Shown here: piece by piece, positions 18,826 to 29,100 of the stretch
Layout of the letters: every line of letters begins with the position of its first letter
Numbering within the stretch: the first letter of the stretch is position 1
DNA from: Promethearchaeota archaeon
GTDB lineage: Archaea > Asgardarchaeota > Lokiarchaeia > Sigyniarchaeales > SOKP01
NCBI GenBank assembly: GCA_018238625.1
Contig: JABCSY010000030.1
Span: 1 to 40,374, forward strand
Length of the DNA stretch: 40,374 bases
Direction of reading: 5' to 3'
Position numbers and translations under genes: made by a program
Notes under the pieces: generated by a model
The model's input: only the letters and a program-made list of their open reading frames with translations
What the model was told of the DNA's origin: nothing
Databases searched by the model: none

Positions 18826-19547
18826 TTTGTGTTGATATTATTTCTTTTAAGTATCCAGTTATCAATTAAGAAGCTTTGGGTGCTATCTTTTACTGAAATG
18901 TCGTAATCGGATCGAATAATTGATTTAGGAATCCACACTTCTTTATCTTCGTTAAACTGGATAAGCAAAGCTTTCTCGGTTTCGCCTTCAATAACGCCTT
19001 TTAATTGACTAACTTCACTTTCATTGCGTTCTACCGTTTCTGTCACAATTGGTAATGACTTTGAGCCATTTCCTTTATTTATTTGGCCAATCTCTTTAGG
19101 AACTGTTGTCTCTTTATTTATTGCGCCAAAGTTTAAAACCGTAGAAAACTCGATTTTTTCTTCCAATATATGCTTTAATAACAGCCTGAAAATTTCAATT
19201 TGGGCAAATTTTAACATCTTAGAATATTTACCGATATAAATTAATAACTTTTCCTTGGCGTCATCCTCCCATTTAAAAGAGATTTGAGTTTTTACGTCTT
19301 TGAAGTTATGAAAGCTCGACCACGAGGCCCTATTTCGATTTAGGACGTCTAAAATCATTACGATTTCGTCTAAATTGCATTTAATTGTCTTTCCTTCTCC
19401 TAAAGAAGGTTTTTCCCACGAACCATCGGGTTTTTTCTTGATGCACTTCAAAAAGATAAACGGTTCTGTTTTTGAAGAGCTTCTAAGCGTGAGCCCCGTC
19501 GATTGCCCAAAAAAACTTTGGCTATGTTTATCAACCATTTTTATCAC
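18822..19547 (-). CDS. Hypothetical protein, possibly nucleic-acid binding (C-terminal ETEKALLI...VWIPKS module)
   Basis: 241-aa ORF with two domains separated by a low-complexity linker; stop overlaps that of acuC. Confidence 0.7.
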   Translation of the reverse strand: MIKMVDKHSQSFFGQSTGLTLRSSSKTEPFIFLKCIKKKPDGSWEKPSLGEGKTIKCNLDEIVMILDVLNRNRASWSSFHNFKDVKTQISFKWEDDAKEKLLIYIGKYSKMLKFAQIEIFRLLLKHILEEKIEFSTVLNFGAINKETTVPKEIGQINKGNGSKSLPIVTETVERNESEVSQLKGVIEGETEKALLIQFNEDKEVWIPKSIIRSDYDISVKDSTQSFLIDNWILKRNNINTN

Positions 19548-19713
19548 ATTTATTTAGTAAACTCTGCTTTTTTATTGAATACAGTTTAATGAATTATTAA
19601 TATTCTAATTATATAAAGAAAAATTCGAGAGTGGATGCAAAATTCAGTGATGATTGGAATTTTAACTTAAACTTTAGATAAAAATTTAATAAATTACTTA
19701 AATTCATTACAAT

Positions 19714-20469
19714 ATGAGTAAAAACACCATTAAAGAACATTGGAATTTAATAGCATTAGAATATCAGAAGAAAAGAAAGTTATCATTTGATGATATTGAA
19801 TACGCTCTAGGTTATGCAAGGGAGTCTGAACTTAATCTGCTTGGGGATGTTGAAGAAAAAAGAATTGTAGAATTAGGATGTGGAGCCGCTGAAAACTCTA
19901 TTACTTTAGCAAAGAAAGGAGGTATTTGTACAGGAGTTGATATGTCTTTAGAACAATTGAAATATGCTAAAAATTTAATAATAGAAAATAAAGTTAAAAT
20001 TGAGTTAATAGAAGGTGATATAGAGAATTTAATAATGATCGATGATGATATATTTGATATTGCAATATCTATTTTCGCATTAGATTGGATGCAAGATTTG
20101 AATGCAGCATTTAAGGAAGCTTATAGAATTTTAAAACCGAATGGTATTTTCGTGTTTAGTATGCAACACCCGATTTACAACCTTCTTGGTGCAGAGGATC
20201 TTGATCTTAAGGAGCTTAAAATATCGGGAAGCTATTTTGAAAAAGAAGTGACATTTGTAGAGTCTACAGGAATAGATCTTAGAGTTCACGCATCAAAAAT
20301 TAGTGATATCATCAATGGATTAATCAGGATTGGCTTCAATATAGAAAACATACTTGAGCCTAAACCATTGGAAAGAGATGTCTTCCCTCGCGAGGAATGG
20401 TATCGAAAAGAAATAATGGAAATGGTTCCTTCAACCTTAATTTGTAAAGTATTAAAAGTTCCAAAATAG
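19714..20469 (+). CDS. Class I SAM-dependent methyltransferase
   Basis: IVELGCGAA, GVDMS, GDIE, FDIAIS, RILKPNG. Confidence 0.9.
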   Translation: MSKNTIKEHWNLIALEYQKKRKLSFDDIEYALGYARESELNLLGDVEEKRIVELGCGAAENSITLAKKGGICTGVDMSLEQLKYAKNLIIENKVKIELIEGDIENLIMIDDDIFDIAISIFALDWMQDLNAAFKEAYRILKPNGIFVFSMQHPIYNLLGAEDLDLKELKISGSYFEKEVTFVESTGIDLRVHASKISDIINGLIRIGFNIENILEPKPLERDVFPREEWYRKEIMEMVPSTLICKVLKVPK

Positions 20470-20571
20470 AGTAAAAAATAAGTTGCAAAAGTCAGTGAAA
20501 AAGGGTGAATTTATGATTTATTAATCGCTCTATAAAATAATTGAGTGTAAACCAAGAAATTATTTTAAAAT

Positions 20572-21117
20572 TTGATTAGTATGGCTAAGAAAGTAAAATT
20601 ATCTTTTTTCTTTGAAATAGAGTCTGAATTTAAGAAATTAATAGTGAAGGCACCTCTAAACGCGCATGTAAACGATATCGGTCCAATTATATCAAAGGAC
20701 ATAGCTATCCCCCCTGAGTACATACTATTAAAACCTAGTTCAAAAGCTAGACCTATTGGGTTGCTGCAAGAATTAGATTTGACTATTTCAGAATTGGTTG
20801 ATGAGCATGGAACCTCTTTTAACGTTTATAACTTGCTTAAAGAAAAAATCGAATTAGATTTTACCACTAAAACCGTCAATAAAAATCGTTGGAATACTAC
20901 ATTTTTAAAAGCTGATAGGGATCAAACCTTTAGGGACCTTTTGCCTGATTTAGTAGAATGGTCAGGATATCCCGTTACAGACGTGAGGTTTATTACTTTT
21001 ACAGATGATAAAAATATCGAACTCATTAAAGAAGATTTTGATTTGAAAATTCCTGAATTAGTGGCTAAATATCATTCTAATTTTGAGTTAGAAAGTATAT
21101 CATGGAATGGATGGTAA
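20572..21117 (+). CDS. Hypothetical protein, probably two tandem ubiquitin-like (beta-grasp) domains
   Basis: Two ~88-aa halves with matching pattern (KVKLSF/KIELDF; VKA/LKA; IPP/YPV; DLTISELVDEHG.SF/DLKIPELVAKYH.NF). Confidence 0.55.
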   Translation: MISMAKKVKLSFFFEIESEFKKLIVKAPLNAHVNDIGPIISKDIAIPPEYILLKPSSKARPIGLLQELDLTISELVDEHGTSFNVYNLLKEKIELDFTTKTVNKNRWNTTFLKADRDQTFRDLLPDLVEWSGYPVTDVRFITFTDDKNIELIKEDFDLKIPELVAKYHSNFELESISWNGW

Positions 21118-21258
21118 GAAACAAAAACTTAGAGGGACAAATTTAGGATCCACCCAAATTTGGTCTAAAAATTCAAAAATTCATAGTACTGTTAAATTAT
21201 ATTAGGGGTCTAAGAATCTTTTTAAGAAAAGAACATGTTTTTTGCTATTTAGAGCAAT

Positions 21259-22083
21259 ATGAATGAAATCTCACTGATTGGCACTCCAGCAGAATCTCAT
21301 TTCCATAAAGCGATCAAGTTGTTATTGTACAAGTATATTTATGAAAACGATAAGTCAGTAGTAAAAAGGTCCATTGAAAAATATTTAGGGAATCGCTTTG
21401 CCGACGTGTATTTTAAACTCGATACGGGAAGAGAAGTAGTAGTAGAAGTTCAAAATTCTAAAATTTCTGTAAAAGAAATTATCAAAAGAACGAAGGATTA
21501 TAATAAACAAGGTATCTACATTTTATGGGTGTTACATGGTGAAGGGAACTGCGTAGCATCGTCAAAATACCCCGTTGATACTAAATGTATAAAAATTAGC
21601 TTAGCAGAAAATTTCTTGCATCGAATGTATGGGGGTCGTGTCTATTACGTTAATTTGAACATTAGTAAAAATATGGCGTCTCTTAGAACGCCTTTCGCGC
21701 TTCATTTTTCTAAACCTATAAGTAAAAACAAACGTGGGTTTTTTAAAAACCGATATGATGGCTATTATTTTAAGGATTCAAATTTTGCAGAAATTCCTAG
21801 TTGGAACATACTGTGTACGGAATTTTCAGGTTACAAGATCGCTCGATTCTACGATAAAAATTTAAAAAATGTCTTGAAAAAGAGAATTGTAAATTTTTAT
21901 TATCTAAAGAATAAAAATCCACGGTATGACGAGAATAGATTGTTAAAGGCAATTTTAAAGTCTTTGAAAAAAAAGTATGGAAAACTCATGATTTATAGCG
22001 CTATAGTTGAATTGGTAAATGAGAAAAAGATAGTTTTTCGTCGAAAAATTATAAAAAAAATTCAAAATAAAATTATTTCGTAG
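21259..22083 (+). CDS. CoiA-like PD-(D/E)XK nuclease family protein
   Basis: ESHFHKAIK, E...RFADVY, VVEVQNS.IS, RT.DY...GIY.LWV. Confidence 0.8.
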   Translation: MNEISLIGTPAESHFHKAIKLLLYKYIYENDKSVVKRSIEKYLGNRFADVYFKLDTGREVVVEVQNSKISVKEIIKRTKDYNKQGIYILWVLHGEGNCVASSKYPVDTKCIKISLAENFLHRMYGGRVYYVNLNISKNMASLRTPFALHFSKPISKNKRGFFKNRYDGYYFKDSNFAEIPSWNILCTEFSGYKIARFYDKNLKNVLKKRIVNFYYLKNKNPRYDENRLLKAILKSLKKKYGKLMIYSAIVELVNEKKIVFRRKIIKKIQNKIIS

Positions 22084-22289
22084 ATAACTGTTTAATTTAC
22101 CATCATCCAACACGGGAATTGTGCTAATCTTAGAAGTTAGACAAAGAATATAATCTTCCTTGTAATAATTTCTTAAATTTCATCTAAATCTTCGAAAAGG
22201 CTCATTTTTAGTGTTTTAATCGCAGTATCTTTTAAGATTGACCTTTAATAATCTAATATTAGGCCATTTTCAATTTTCCCTTTTGTCAT
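22084..22289 (-). pseudogene. Possible decayed gene remnant
   Basis: Protein-like reading MTKGKIENGLILDY*RSILKDTAIKTLKMSLFEDLDEI*, plus a shifted frame YKEDYILCLTSKISTIPVLDDGKL. Confidence 0.3.
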
Positions 22290-22639
22290 GCGAAAAGATA
22301 GATATCTTTATATAGTTAAGTGATCAATATTTGACTATCAAAATAAAATTGGAAACCATGATCAAAAAATATATTCTTATACCTAAGAGTCGAAAGACTC
22401 AATACCTCAACCCTTATGACAAATTCGCGATTTCCGCGGGTCGGGAAAACCCTGTTATTAGATAAATACATCTCCTCTTTTTAAAATTTTGAACGTCCTG
22501 GTTTCCGATTTCCTTCTTTTTACTTAAGAATTTCTCTCGTTGGTCAATAGATTTAAAGATACGTTAAAACCTTAAGTAAAAAAATTATCAAGGTTCAATA
22601 TCGTAAAAAAATTTAATTAAAAAAAAAATTAGAAAAAGG

Positions 22640-23224
22640 TTACTCCTGTAAAAAACCTAACAGCTCTGAAAGCACTCCCTTCTCCGCTTCGGTAATACGT
22701 GGTTCGCGAGTGAGCAAATATTCTAAAGCAGGCGCCAACCCTTTGCTTTTATACGTGTAAGGATTTGTTAAATACGCCTTAACTTGCTCTCTAACGCCTT
22801 CTAAATCAAAAAGTTGCGTTAAAAACTTTACAGTGTTATGAACGAGTGTGTTATGAACGAAGTCAATATCGGTTAAATCGATTAAATCTTTTACTATAGG
22901 AACATCGGCTAAACTCGAGAAACCGACGAAAATTTTTAATATCTTCGTGAGCGTGCTCTTGGTGAGGTTGCGATGGGCGCTTTCGGGGAACTTAAAGCCG
23001 TATCGAAACGCTTCCACATCGTCCATAATAGCGGGTTCTTCAGCTTCTTTGCATTCAGGATACATGATTTCGCGAAGATCGTATATAGCGTGGAGAACTT
23101 CGATCCTCTCTACAAATTCGTGGTTATACAAAAACTTTTCTCTCTCCTCATTTGCGCCTCTCTCCTCTCCCAAAGAAATCTCGCTATCCAAAGGAATCCA
23201 ATCCAATTCTTCTTTATCTTTCAC
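22640..23224 (-). CDS. Acidic hypothetical protein, last gene of the giant-protein locus
   Basis: 194-aa ORF co-oriented with the upstream genes; internal 15-bp-period duplication (VHNTLVHNT, 22833-22860). Confidence 0.7.
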   Translation of the reverse strand: MKDKEELDWIPLDSEISLGEERGANEEREKFLYNHEFVERIEVLHAIYDLREIMYPECKEAEEPAIMDDVEAFRYGFKFPESAHRNLTKSTLTKILKIFVGFSSLADVPIVKDLIDLTDIDFVHNTLVHNTVKFLTQLFDLEGVREQVKAYLTNPYTYKSKGLAPALEYLLTREPRITEAEKGVLSELLGFLQE

Positions 23225-23369
23225 AATTTACCAACAATTTTTTTAGAATTTTTACTTCTTACTTGTGAATTTCATAGAAATTCATTCTTATTAACTTTCC
23301 TACCACTGCAATTTATTAATTTAAAAACGATATAAAAATAATTTTTGTTTCTTAAAATTTATTCAAATT

Positions 23370-26183
23370 TTACGGAGTATTTACGAGAGCGGAAAAAACT
23401 TTTAAAAACATTACTTTCTCACAGAATTTTCTCCATACTTCGATATCATTATACCTATGCACAGTTGCGAAGTTATCTTGTTTAAATGCGTTCATAATGG
23501 AATTAAAAACGGTTGCTAAATCGCTCTGAGCGTTTTTATCTGCCCATATAAGACCTGCGTAAAAATCATCTTTAGAGCAAGGTTGCACTTCATCACTCCG
23601 AAGGCTTGGATAGATGTTACCAATATCTATCGCGCCGCTAACCGCATCAAAGGCAAAAAGAAACTCGTTACCCTCCATTCCTTCTGTCTTAACGATGAAG
23701 GTTTGTTCATCTGCTAAGAACGCCCCTAAGAATAGTATAAAATCAAACTGATCTAAATTGTTGAAGTCAAGTTCGAAGTATCGCAAATTATCATTAGGCA
23801 TGTTTGTGTCTTGGCTCTGAGCGTCAACTTTAGGGAAATAAGCAAGTACGTTGGAGCTTTTGTAACCTATTCCTTCCCTCTTCAATGAATAACCGTAAAT
23901 CCGAACTTTTTGGTTCGGGCCCCCATAAGTCTTTGCCATGTAAGCAAAAAAGTTTGCAAGGTTTATTACGTGATCCATTCGCGATCTAAAAATGTAGTCG
24001 GGTTGGAGCCTCCAACCTTTATCTCCGGTCGCTAATAAATGTTTCGTAATCCTAAAGTCGGCAAATTGCTTAAAGAATTGATCGTAATTTGATGGATTTA
24101 AATTTATGGTCGCAAATATGTCGTAAAGCATTTCTAAAGTTAAACCCGAACTGGGATAAGCTCTTAAATAGGCTGCTAGTGGTTTTTTTAACGCTTGTAA
24201 GTTTAATCCAACAGAAACGCCTTTAGCGTTAATAAAATCCGAAAGACTTTCTCGAAACCTAACTGCCCAGTCTTCTGCTGGGTTCGCACCGTAATCTGTG
24301 GCAGCGAATAAGTATTTGTACAAACAGTTAAAAGACATTGTGCGGAATGAATTTATATGACGACTATCCATACCCAACCTAATTAGTTGCTCAATTATTT
24401 TGTTGTTAAACTGCGAATCTAAAACTTTAGAAAGCGCCCACCCTATTTGCGTGTAATCAGCTTCTCTTTTGTATTCTGCATAGAATTTGTTTAAAAAGAT
24501 ATCCAGCATGATATATTTGTTCCCCAGAGAGGCTATGACTATGTCTTTGTCGAATAAATCAGATAAAATCGAAGTTCTTTGATCGTAGCTAATAACTCTG
24601 GAAACTGGAACTTCACCCTTATTGTATGAGATAGTTTCTTCGTAGCCTACAAGCATGATGGCCGAAATGACTTCTTGTATCATGGAGTAAGGCGAAGCTT
24701 GAAATATCGGTTTGGTGTTAGATCTTCTCATAAACTTAAGAAAATTATCGTACGTTTGCCCCACAGATTTCACTCTATAAGAACCAGTAGATACCTTTTC
24801 GAAAGTTATAAACCCTAACTTAAATAATATGCTCCCTGAAAATCCCATGATCTCCTTTAACACTTCGTTTACTTTCACAATAAGCATAAGATCGTCGTTC
24901 TGGCTATCTACATTCAAGTCTATACCTGAAGAAAATTCTTTTCCTTTTATAAGTTCAAGAGATTTGTAATTTTTGAAAAATTCGTTCCCTATCGCATTTT
25001 TTAAAATCTTTAATAATGTTTTATAGTAGGTTTTGGTGTTTGCTATGTCTAAATTCTTTAAGTCGGCGTCGCTTGGAGATAACTTCGCTAAAACTTTTTG
25101 ATAATAATCGAACGAAAATTGCTCTCCGGTGGGCGCTAATTTACCTTCTAATTGAACCATACGATCGGAAAAGAAAATGTCGTTTCCCGTTATCTCAAAT
25201 TGTTCCAACTGATATAGAAAACTAAGTAAAGAGTTAATTCTAAAATAAAGGTCGTCTCGAATGTTTAAGCCTAAAAGAGGAGTTAAAGAATTTAGATTGT
25301 CTTTACTTCTTTCCTTAAACTTTAAATCGGGTAGATATTTCTCGTAACTTTTAGCGGTTGCGCTAATGGATAACACGGTATCTTGTAAAAAGAAAGTAAA
25401 TTGATTTCCTGAAGAAATACCAAAGGAAATATAGAATGATCTAATTGCTCTTTTTGAAACTTGCCCTACAAATGGCACGTACCATTCTTGTGTTCCCTCT
25501 TTTTTTCTGACTTCGAAACGAGTAGCATCACCATCTTCTACAATCTTTACCTTGCTAAAGAGATATTGTCCATTGGAATCGCACAAATAAATGTTATGAA
25601 GCGGAGTTTCAGTATCAAAATCGTAATATCCTTCGTAAACGCCCTTAGGTAATTTCGTACGTATAGTATCGACTTTCAAAATACCGTTCTTTATTTGACC
25701 AGAACTGCCTTTATAATGTACTATTACGTGAACAGAATCAAATTTATAATTAGCAGGGAGTTCTACCCATTGACTACCATCGTATATCTCAATACCAGAA
25801 GGAAGCATATTTACTGACAATTGTTTGGTTGTACCATCGATATCTTGCTTAAATAACATATTCACATGATCTTTAAAGGCTAAGTCAAATCCTCCATCTA
25901 TGCGGTCCCTTAGTAAAGTTTCTAATGTGTTTTTGCTCGTGAAAAATTGAACAACGGCTTGGTAAAATTGAGGTCTGATAACTTTAATCGATGTATAGAT
26001 TTCTTTAGCTAAATTTTCCATTTTGCTGGAAATTTTCTCCTCGTTATTGGCGAAATAGTCTTGAACTTTTCGCACGGCAGCGTCCAATAACCGTCTATAG
26101 TAGCGTTGAAATAATAACTTAAAACGCCCGAAAGATCGCTTACAACAAAAGATATAGAGCCCGATTCGGGATTGATCGAACAA
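23370..26183 (-). CDS. Large hypothetical protein, probably the out-of-frame C-terminal part of the giant protein (credible coding from about 26085)
   Basis: 937-aa ORF overlapping the giant ORF by 175 nt in the -1 frame; its first ~30 aa look like shadow sequence. Confidence 0.7.
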   Translation of the reverse strand: MFDQSRIGLYIFCCKRSFGRFKLLFQRYYRRLLDAAVRKVQDYFANNEEKISSKMENLAKEIYTSIKVIRPQFYQAVVQFFTSKNTLETLLRDRIDGGFDLAFKDHVNMLFKQDIDGTTKQLSVNMLPSGIEIYDGSQWVELPANYKFDSVHVIVHYKGSSGQIKNGILKVDTIRTKLPKGVYEGYYDFDTETPLHNIYLCDSNGQYLFSKVKIVEDGDATRFEVRKKEGTQEWYVPFVGQVSKRAIRSFYISFGISSGNQFTFFLQDTVLSISATAKSYEKYLPDLKFKERSKDNLNSLTPLLGLNIRDDLYFRINSLLSFLYQLEQFEITGNDIFFSDRMVQLEGKLAPTGEQFSFDYYQKVLAKLSPSDADLKNLDIANTKTYYKTLLKILKNAIGNEFFKNYKSLELIKGKEFSSGIDLNVDSQNDDLMLIVKVNEVLKEIMGFSGSILFKLGFITFEKVSTGSYRVKSVGQTYDNFLKFMRRSNTKPIFQASPYSMIQEVISAIMLVGYEETISYNKGEVPVSRVISYDQRTSILSDLFDKDIVIASLGNKYIMLDIFLNKFYAEYKREADYTQIGWALSKVLDSQFNNKIIEQLIRLGMDSRHINSFRTMSFNCLYKYLFAATDYGANPAEDWAVRFRESLSDFINAKGVSVGLNLQALKKPLAAYLRAYPSSGLTLEMLYDIFATINLNPSNYDQFFKQFADFRITKHLLATGDKGWRLQPDYIFRSRMDHVINLANFFAYMAKTYGGPNQKVRIYGYSLKREGIGYKSSNVLAYFPKVDAQSQDTNMPNDNLRYFELDFNNLDQFDFILFLGAFLADEQTFIVKTEGMEGNEFLFAFDAVSGAIDIGNIYPSLRSDEVQPCSKDDFYAGLIWADKNAQSDLATVFNSIMNAFKQDNFATVHRYNDIEVWRKFCEKVMFLKVFSALVNTP

Positions 26184-29100
26184 TTGTTAGTAAATTGACT
26201 ATATATTTGTGGACCGTGAAAATCTATGGAAATTGAAGTATTAACAGTAAATTGAGAAATGACTCCTGTTATATCTAAAAATTCTCCAACAAAAGTATAA
26301 TTATCTTGAGGTAATTGAGAAAAGTCAAAACTTGCTATAAATTGATCGGAGTCGTGGAACGAAGTTGACACGCCAATATCCATGAAAACTGGGCTGAAAC
26401 TGTCGTAAGAACCGTCGAGGTTAATTGGGGCGAGCAAAGTGATTAAAATAGTACCGTTTATAGCGTCAATAAAATAAGAGTGGTCGTACGAAGTCCCGTT
26501 TACCCTCACTTCCTCGATCGAACACAATTCTTCCCCAACCGGCAGGGAAGGGATATTTACCGTGAACTTATTGTCCACTATTACTACGTCTGAGCTTGGA
26601 GTAGAATAATATATAGTAATTCTCACTTGGTCTATTCTAGCCTCGGTGGTAACCAAGCCCGAAGAATTAACAAAAATATCAACCCCGAAATTGGGAATGT
26701 TAACATCGGCAACAGTCCAAGTAGTCTCCCAAAGGTCGGTGGGTCCTCCATAAAAATCGTATATGTCGTTATCTATCGAGTTCCAGTACCCACCCATAGC
26801 GTTATCGTAGTCCAATTGTCCTAAAGAGTTCCGTAAAAAGACAGAACCGTCCCAAATAGAATCAGCTAAGGTGCTATATCTATCCATCTCAACAAAGATA
26901 CCAAGAATAGTAGCCCCATCAGGAAGGTCAAACCCAAAGTTTGTCAACCTAAGCCAATCCGAACTAGTTTCTGTGGCGGTGTTAAAGGAGACGAAGGTCT
27001 CGTCGTCGTCTTGGTCGATAACTTTACTCGGATTAGTCCACTCTTCTTGACTTTTTGGCGATTCGGTATAATACACTTTAATTTGTAAGTGATCGATGCG
27101 AGCTTCTACCGGTACCGCATCGAAATATTTTACAAAGAGATCAATTCCGAAATCGGGACTGTTAATTTCAGCGTAATTCCACGAAGCCCCCCATAATTCG
27201 GAACTCCCGCCGTATAAATCGTAATTATCGTTTGTAGTGTCCCACCATAGACCGTTTGATAGGTTATTTCCAATTTGACCTGTGGTTTTTCTTAGGTATA
27301 TCTCCGCGTCTTTTATGGAGTCAGATACGGAAGAATCTCTGTCTATGCGAATTTCTATACCAGTTATTTCTGTCGCGTCCGGAATAGTAAACCCGAAGTC
27401 TGTTAATCGCAACCAATCCGATGTACTTTCCGTTATTGAACTGAAAGAGACATATGCATTATCGTTGTCTTGCGAAGTTGTCTTGCTTGGATCTTGCCAA
27501 GGCTCTCCCGATAGTGATACTGAATAATTTATTATAATGCGAATGTGATCGATAGATGCGAGAGCGGAAGTATCTGTATCTGCCACGATATCCACTCCAA
27601 AGAGTGAGCTTTCGATTTCAGCTATAGTCCACGATGTGCCCCATAGAAAGTCCGATCCGCCATAGACGGCGTAGTAATCGAAATCAGAATCGTTCCAATA
27701 AGAAGCGTTCGTTTTAATATCTCCTATTGGTCCTGTAGAATCTCGAAGTTGAATTGAATAATCCATAACTGAATTAGTAACGTTGGTACATTTGTCTATT
27801 TCAACCGTGATACCTTCTATAGTAGCCCCATTAGGAACGTCAAACCCAAAATTAGTAGCCCGTAAATAATCGGTTTCTGCGCTACCGCTTGCTCCGCTAC
27901 TTGGCGCAATTGCGAGCTGAAAGTAGGCGGCACCGTCTGAAACGGAACAACCAACTGTCGCGCTTCCAGATGAACCTTGAGACGCTAATTCTCTGCTACC
28001 AAAACACCCGCTCGCGTCGTTAGCTCCATTCGTGCCAGTTTGATGTTCGTCGACTTCTGACCATCCAGTTCCAGAAACATCGAATGTATATCCATCCCCT
28101 CCATCAAAGCTCAGTCCGTACAGCATTAAACAATCGTCAACTGTGGATGTTATTGCTGGAATAATATGACTACTCGAAACCGATGAAGATTGCTCAAAGT
28201 TGTAGACGTTAATTGGGTTAGTGTCGTCAGCCCCAGTTATCCTAAGATAGTACCCAACCCACTCGTCTTCTCCTGCCGAAGTAACGGTTTCAGTTGGTCC
28301 TTCCGTTCCATCCGCAATTCTCCAAAAAACAGCAATATGCGCGTCAGAAACGCCGTTACCAGAAGTACCAACGAAGTTCCAACCGACCTTATTATCCGAA
28401 AAAGCCGTAGCATCAGGAGCGTCGTTCATCGCGATGAGCAGTAATAAATCGCCTGATTCGACCCCAGATGGTTTAGCTAGCGTTATAGGGGCGGAAGGAT
28501 CGGTATCGCCTTGTTCTGTCCATAATTCTATTACTGGAATTCCACTACTGCCACCACTAACTACCATATCAGCCAAAGCGTAAGCGTCGTTTTGAGATTG
28601 AACGTTATTTAGATTTACCCAGTCAACGCTCCCGCTCCTATCTACTGAGGTTATCGTTTGTGGAGAGGAAGTTATTTCGTTACTAAAAGAACCAAGATAT
28701 CGATCTATATTAGTCGTAGCTTGAGGAGACATCCATCCCGAATCTGTTGGTCCCCCACCTGCAGTTCTATCCACGTTAGAGGTGGTCTGAGGCGAATTGG
28801 TGCTCGAACTCAATTGAGATTCGGTCAAGTTTAAAGTTAACAAGTAATCGTAATTTGCAGATAAATCCAAAGCGTAAACTAAAACACCGTGGGAGTTAAA
28901 CACTTTTACCACTGGAGGAATGTTGTTAACCACGAAGGGAATAGAGTGAGAGTTGTTGTAAGCGTTGTTATCGTTTACGAAGCTCATCCTTATGTTGTTG
29001 ATGGATTCGGTAATGTTTACTACTAAATCCGAGATTTCGACTATGTCGTTAAAAACTCGAGTAATTACGGTAATTACAACTTTTTTATCTGCTATGCGAA

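Noticed and set aside
22416-22446. SECIS element
   Set aside because: No apical AA motif and no in-frame TGA selenoprotein candidate nearby.
26043-26091. BHB intron joining the giant ORF to the 937-aa ORF
   Set aside because: The best BHB-like excision (37 nt) lands in the third frame and does not join the two ORFs.
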